Below are positions 60,296 through 64,000 of a stretch of DNA of 64,000 nt, piece after piece. The DNA comes from Malacoraja senta (lineage: Eukaryota). A program made the position numbers and the translations under genes. The DNA is taken from contig CM075995.1 in NCBI GenBank assembly GCA_038087875.1, forward strand, positions 3,970,001 through 4,034,000, read 5' to 3'. The number at the start of each line of letters is the position of its first letter. Positions within the stretch are counted from its first letter, which is position 1. The notes below the pieces were generated by a model, which had not been told where the DNA came from, searched no databases, and saw nothing but the letters and a program-made list of their open reading frames with translations.

Positions 60296-61159
60296 GTTAC
60301 TCTCCTTGATGAAAGACTCTTGATGGAAGGGCTCTTAAAAATAGCAGAGTCAGGGGATATGGGGAGAAGGCAGGAACGGGGTACTGATTGGGGATGATCA
60401 GCCATGATCACATTGAATGGCGGTGCTGGCTCAAAGGGCCGAATGGCCTACTCCTGCACCTATTGTCTAAGATTTGTCCCACCCCTGCCATTCCTTATTC
60501 TCTCCCACCAACCCCCCCTCCCCCCCCCCCTCACACACACATCAGAGAGATAATACAGAAGCTCAAAGGCACATACCACCAGACTCAGGAACAGCTACTT
60601 CCCCTATGTTTCATGCTTCTGAATTCTATTCCGATTCTCCTCTGTCTTATAGATATGGGTCTTTGTCTCTATCTTTGCACTCTGTCTTTCATTTGCACTT
60701 GTTATATTTGAGTTTGGTTTAATTGTATTTATTGTATTAACAGATTTAATTGGAGAGCATGCAAAACAAAACTTAGCGACAATAATAAATCTAAACCCAA
60801 ACCTAAATAGTGCAATGTATATTTGCCAACTGGCACACAGTAAGGCCCCTTAATTATTTACATAGAAAGACACAGAGTGCTGGAGTAACTCAGCAGGTCT
60901 GAAGAAGGGTTTCGGCCCAAAACGTTGCCTATTTCCTTCGCTATTTCTCCAGCACTTTTTTCTACCTTCGATTTTCCAGCATCTGCAGTTCCTTCTTAAA
61001 AACTCAGCAGGTCAGGCAGCATTTCTGGAGATCGTGAATAGGTGATGTTTCTGGTTGGAACTCTTTCTCAGACTGACCAGTTTTATGGTGACTGTTTTTT
61101 TGATATGTATTGGGAGAACTTCCTGCTCTTCTTTGAAATAATCCCTTTGGAAATTTTAC

Positions 61160-61845
61160 AAGTTCACAAGTTCACAATTTACAGGAGTAGAATTAGGCCA
61201 TTCGGCCCATCAAGTCTAATCTACTCCGACATTCAATCATGGTTGAACTCTACCTCCCAATCCCATTTTCCTGCCTTCTCCCCAAAACCCTTGGCACCCA
61301 TTCTAATCAAGAATTTGTCTATCTCTGCCTTGGCCTCCGCAACTCTCAGTGGTAATGAGTTCCACAGATTAACTACCGTCTGAGTAGAGACATTCCTCCT
61401 CACCTCCTTTCTGAAGGAGCGCCTTTTAATTCTGAGTTTATGACATCTGGACCTAATGGACTCTCCCACCTGGTGTACAAAATCATGAGAGGAATAGATC
61501 GGGTAGATGCACAGAGTCTCTTGCCATGAGTAGGGGAATCGAGGACCAGAGGACATAGGTTCAAGGTGAAGGGGAAAAGATTTAATAGGAATCAGAGGGG
61601 TAACTTTTTCACACAAAGGGTGGTGGGTGTATGAAACAAGCTGCCAGAGTAGGTGGTTGCGGCTGGGACTATCCCATCATTTAAGAAGTAGTTGGACAGG
61701 TACATGGAAAGGACAGGTTTGGGGGGATATGGACCAAGCGCAGGCAGGTGGGACTGGTGTAGCTGGGACATTGTTGGCCGGTGAGGGCAAGTTGGGCCGA
61801 GGGGCCTGTTTCCACACTGTATCACTCTATGGCTCTATGACTCTC
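61160..61845. mobile_element. Two back-to-back CR1 3' fragments (minus 61160-61470, plus 61471-61845)
   Basis: Each matches CR1 C-terminus and 3' UTR types seen elsewhere in the window. Confidence 0.72.
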
Positions 61846-63082
61846 ATGACCACTGGGGACATACAATGGTAATAGCTGGGTAAAGTTTGAGCAAAATCTC
61901 CCACACTCCTTTTCCTATCCACATGTGGCTTAACGTCCAGCCTTATGAAGGAGGGAGAGCATGAAGCCAGCAGGCAGTTACCAAAGAAGTGCTAGTATCA
62001 TTGGTACTAAAGGTACAGAGGGATATGAGCCAAATATGGGCTGGCGGGAGAAGCGTAGGTGGAGCACCTTTGGTTTGATGGAATGGCGGTGCCTGTATGG
62101 TGGTGGTGGGAGAAGGGAATCCCTATTCACATATTTCCAGCGTATGTTCCTTTAATATCCTGGAAAGAACAGCCTGAGGTGAAAAAAGACATCAGAGCAA
62201 ATTTATTGAGATAAATGTACACGGTGTCCTCCTGTCTGGAAATCATGCTGCTACTTGTACCTCATAAGCTAATTGAGAAGCCTCACCTGATAGCACTGCG
62301 ATGAAGAACCGTGAGCTTTGGAACTTGTGACTAATTAGGAATTCAGGGACTTGGAACTGTACTTAACCCGCCGTTACCAGACAAGGCAAGAGCAATTGTC
62401 TCCTTCATAGAATAAATGAGGAAGCAACCTGCTTCCTAGATTTTCCAGATAATTAAACTCTTAAAGTCTGGGTTTTTTTTTTAACCAACTGGCTTTCTGC
62501 CTCCAAAGATCATTCAATGCTGTTGCAAGCACATATTATGATAAATGAGAGTAAACAGACTTTATAAAACACATAGATAATTATAATGTCCTCTAATGAG
62601 GCCTGCACTTGATCAACTCTTACAGGAACTCTCATTATCCCCTACATTATTCTTTACAAAGAAGTTCCTGAAGGTGACCTTTTTATAGCAGTAACCATGG
62701 TTACAGGCCTCTTATCCACCAGCTAAATGACACTGTTCTTGCACAGCAAATATTACTGATTTTAGCAAAAATAATCGCTACATCTCTTCAGGTCTCGGCT
62801 GATTAAATATGAATTCAAAAGAAAAATTGCTCCAGAAATTCAAAATGTGTTTTGCTTACTCATTTGGCAATAACCTTGTGGCACTGAGAATCATGGGATA
62901 TAAAAACATCTTGTACAGGTTTCAGAAGTGCAATCAATCTTCCTTTAGGATCACGCTGGTAAAGATAACATGATGTTTGCTCTGCTTACAGGTTTACTGA
63001 CTGCAAATGTAACTTTAATGATTATTCGATGCAAGTGAAAATATTGTAATCATCACTTATTGTGGGAAGTGATGCAAGTCTC

Positions 63083-63560
63083 AGTTTAGTTTTGTTTAGT
63101 TTAGAGATACAGCGCAGAAACCGGCCCTTTGGCTCACTGAGTCCGCACCGACCAGTGATCCCACACACGGGACATTTTACAATTTTACCCAAATAATAAT
63201 AATAATAATAATAAATTTTATTTGTGGGCGCCTATACAAAAGTCTCAAGGACACCTTACAGAGTTTAACAAAGAAACAAATAATCGGGGTAAAATAAGTT
63301 ATAAAGACATCACCAATACACAAATGAAAGACAGAATTCAATCCAAAGACACAAAAAAGAAAATCAGAAACACAATGTGAGTACCCAAGCCAATTAACTA
63401 CAAACCTGTATGTCTCTGGAGTGTGGGAATAAACCGGAGCTCCTGGAGAAAACCCACGCAGGTCAAGGGGAGAATGTGCAAACTCCGCACCAGTAGTCAG
63501 GATTGAACCCAGGTCTCTGGCACTGTAGGGCAGCAGTTCTACTACCGCTGCACCACCCCT
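63083..63560 (-). mobile_element. V-SINE interrupted by an L2-tailed element (63191-63375)
   Basis: SINE tail at 63083-63190 and body/head at 63382-63560. The insert is homologous to 23580-23767. Confidence 0.78.
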
Positions 63561-64000
63561 ATGTCCTAAAGTTGAAGTCTTATTCATATAGTGCCTTTAT
63601 TGTAAGAGTGAATCTGCAGAGATATCTTGATGTGAGGTTGTGCATCGAATTATCCCACATGGTTAACTTTTGACAAAGGACCTGGACATAAGGTCATAAG
63701 TGATAGGAACAGAATTAGCCTATCAAGTCTACTCTGCCATTTAATCATGGTTGATCTATCTCTTCCTGCCCATTCTCCTGCCTTCTCCCCCATAACCCCT
63801 GACACCCGTACTAATGGGATAGGACAACGATATCACGGAAAGAGAAAAATACCCCTACCCACAACATTACATTCCCTGTCACTGCACCCACCCATGGTTC
63901 TGGTTTTACTGGTGATTTTTATACTTTGCTCTTTCTCAACATTATGAAATATTATTATGTTGTATAATATTCCATCTTGCAAACAAATGTGAGCAGCTAA

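Noticed and set aside
62691..62704. Palindrome GTAACCATGGTTAC as an RFX site
   Set aside because: Imperfect match to the X-box, single occurrence and no supporting context.

Overview
Eukaryotic, repeat-dominated genomic DNA, most likely from a cartilaginous fish (skate, ray or shark). The host is inferred from about 19 copies of an HE1-like tRNA-headed V-SINE whose 3' tail is shared with CR1-type LINEs. No host protein-coding exon could be recognised with confidence, so the window looks intronic or intergenic. There is one 200-N assembly gap. Main contents: (1) a structurally complete DIRS1-type tyrosine-recombinase retrotransposon (53498-58586, minus) with split inverted termini, an internal complementary region, decayed gag/RT/RNase H/methyltransferase and an intact recombinase ORF. 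(2) Penelope-like elements with a GIY-YIG endonuclease and many terminal fragments carrying minimal hammerhead ribozyme motifs, often as fold-backs. (3) Five PIF/Harbinger-type elements with TWA target duplications. (4) Two copies of a ~1 kb TAG...CTA DNA transposon with an unusual odd-length target duplication. (5) CR1, Rex1/Babar-like and L2 LINE fragments. (6) A six-level nested insertion at 37.3-42.8 kb. The most novel-looking signal is a family of GC-rich, non-coding, non-tRNA retroposons that keep two covarying RNA hairpin domains while carrying different LINE-type 3' tails and Pol II-like heads. All calls were made by eye; family names are not database-verified.
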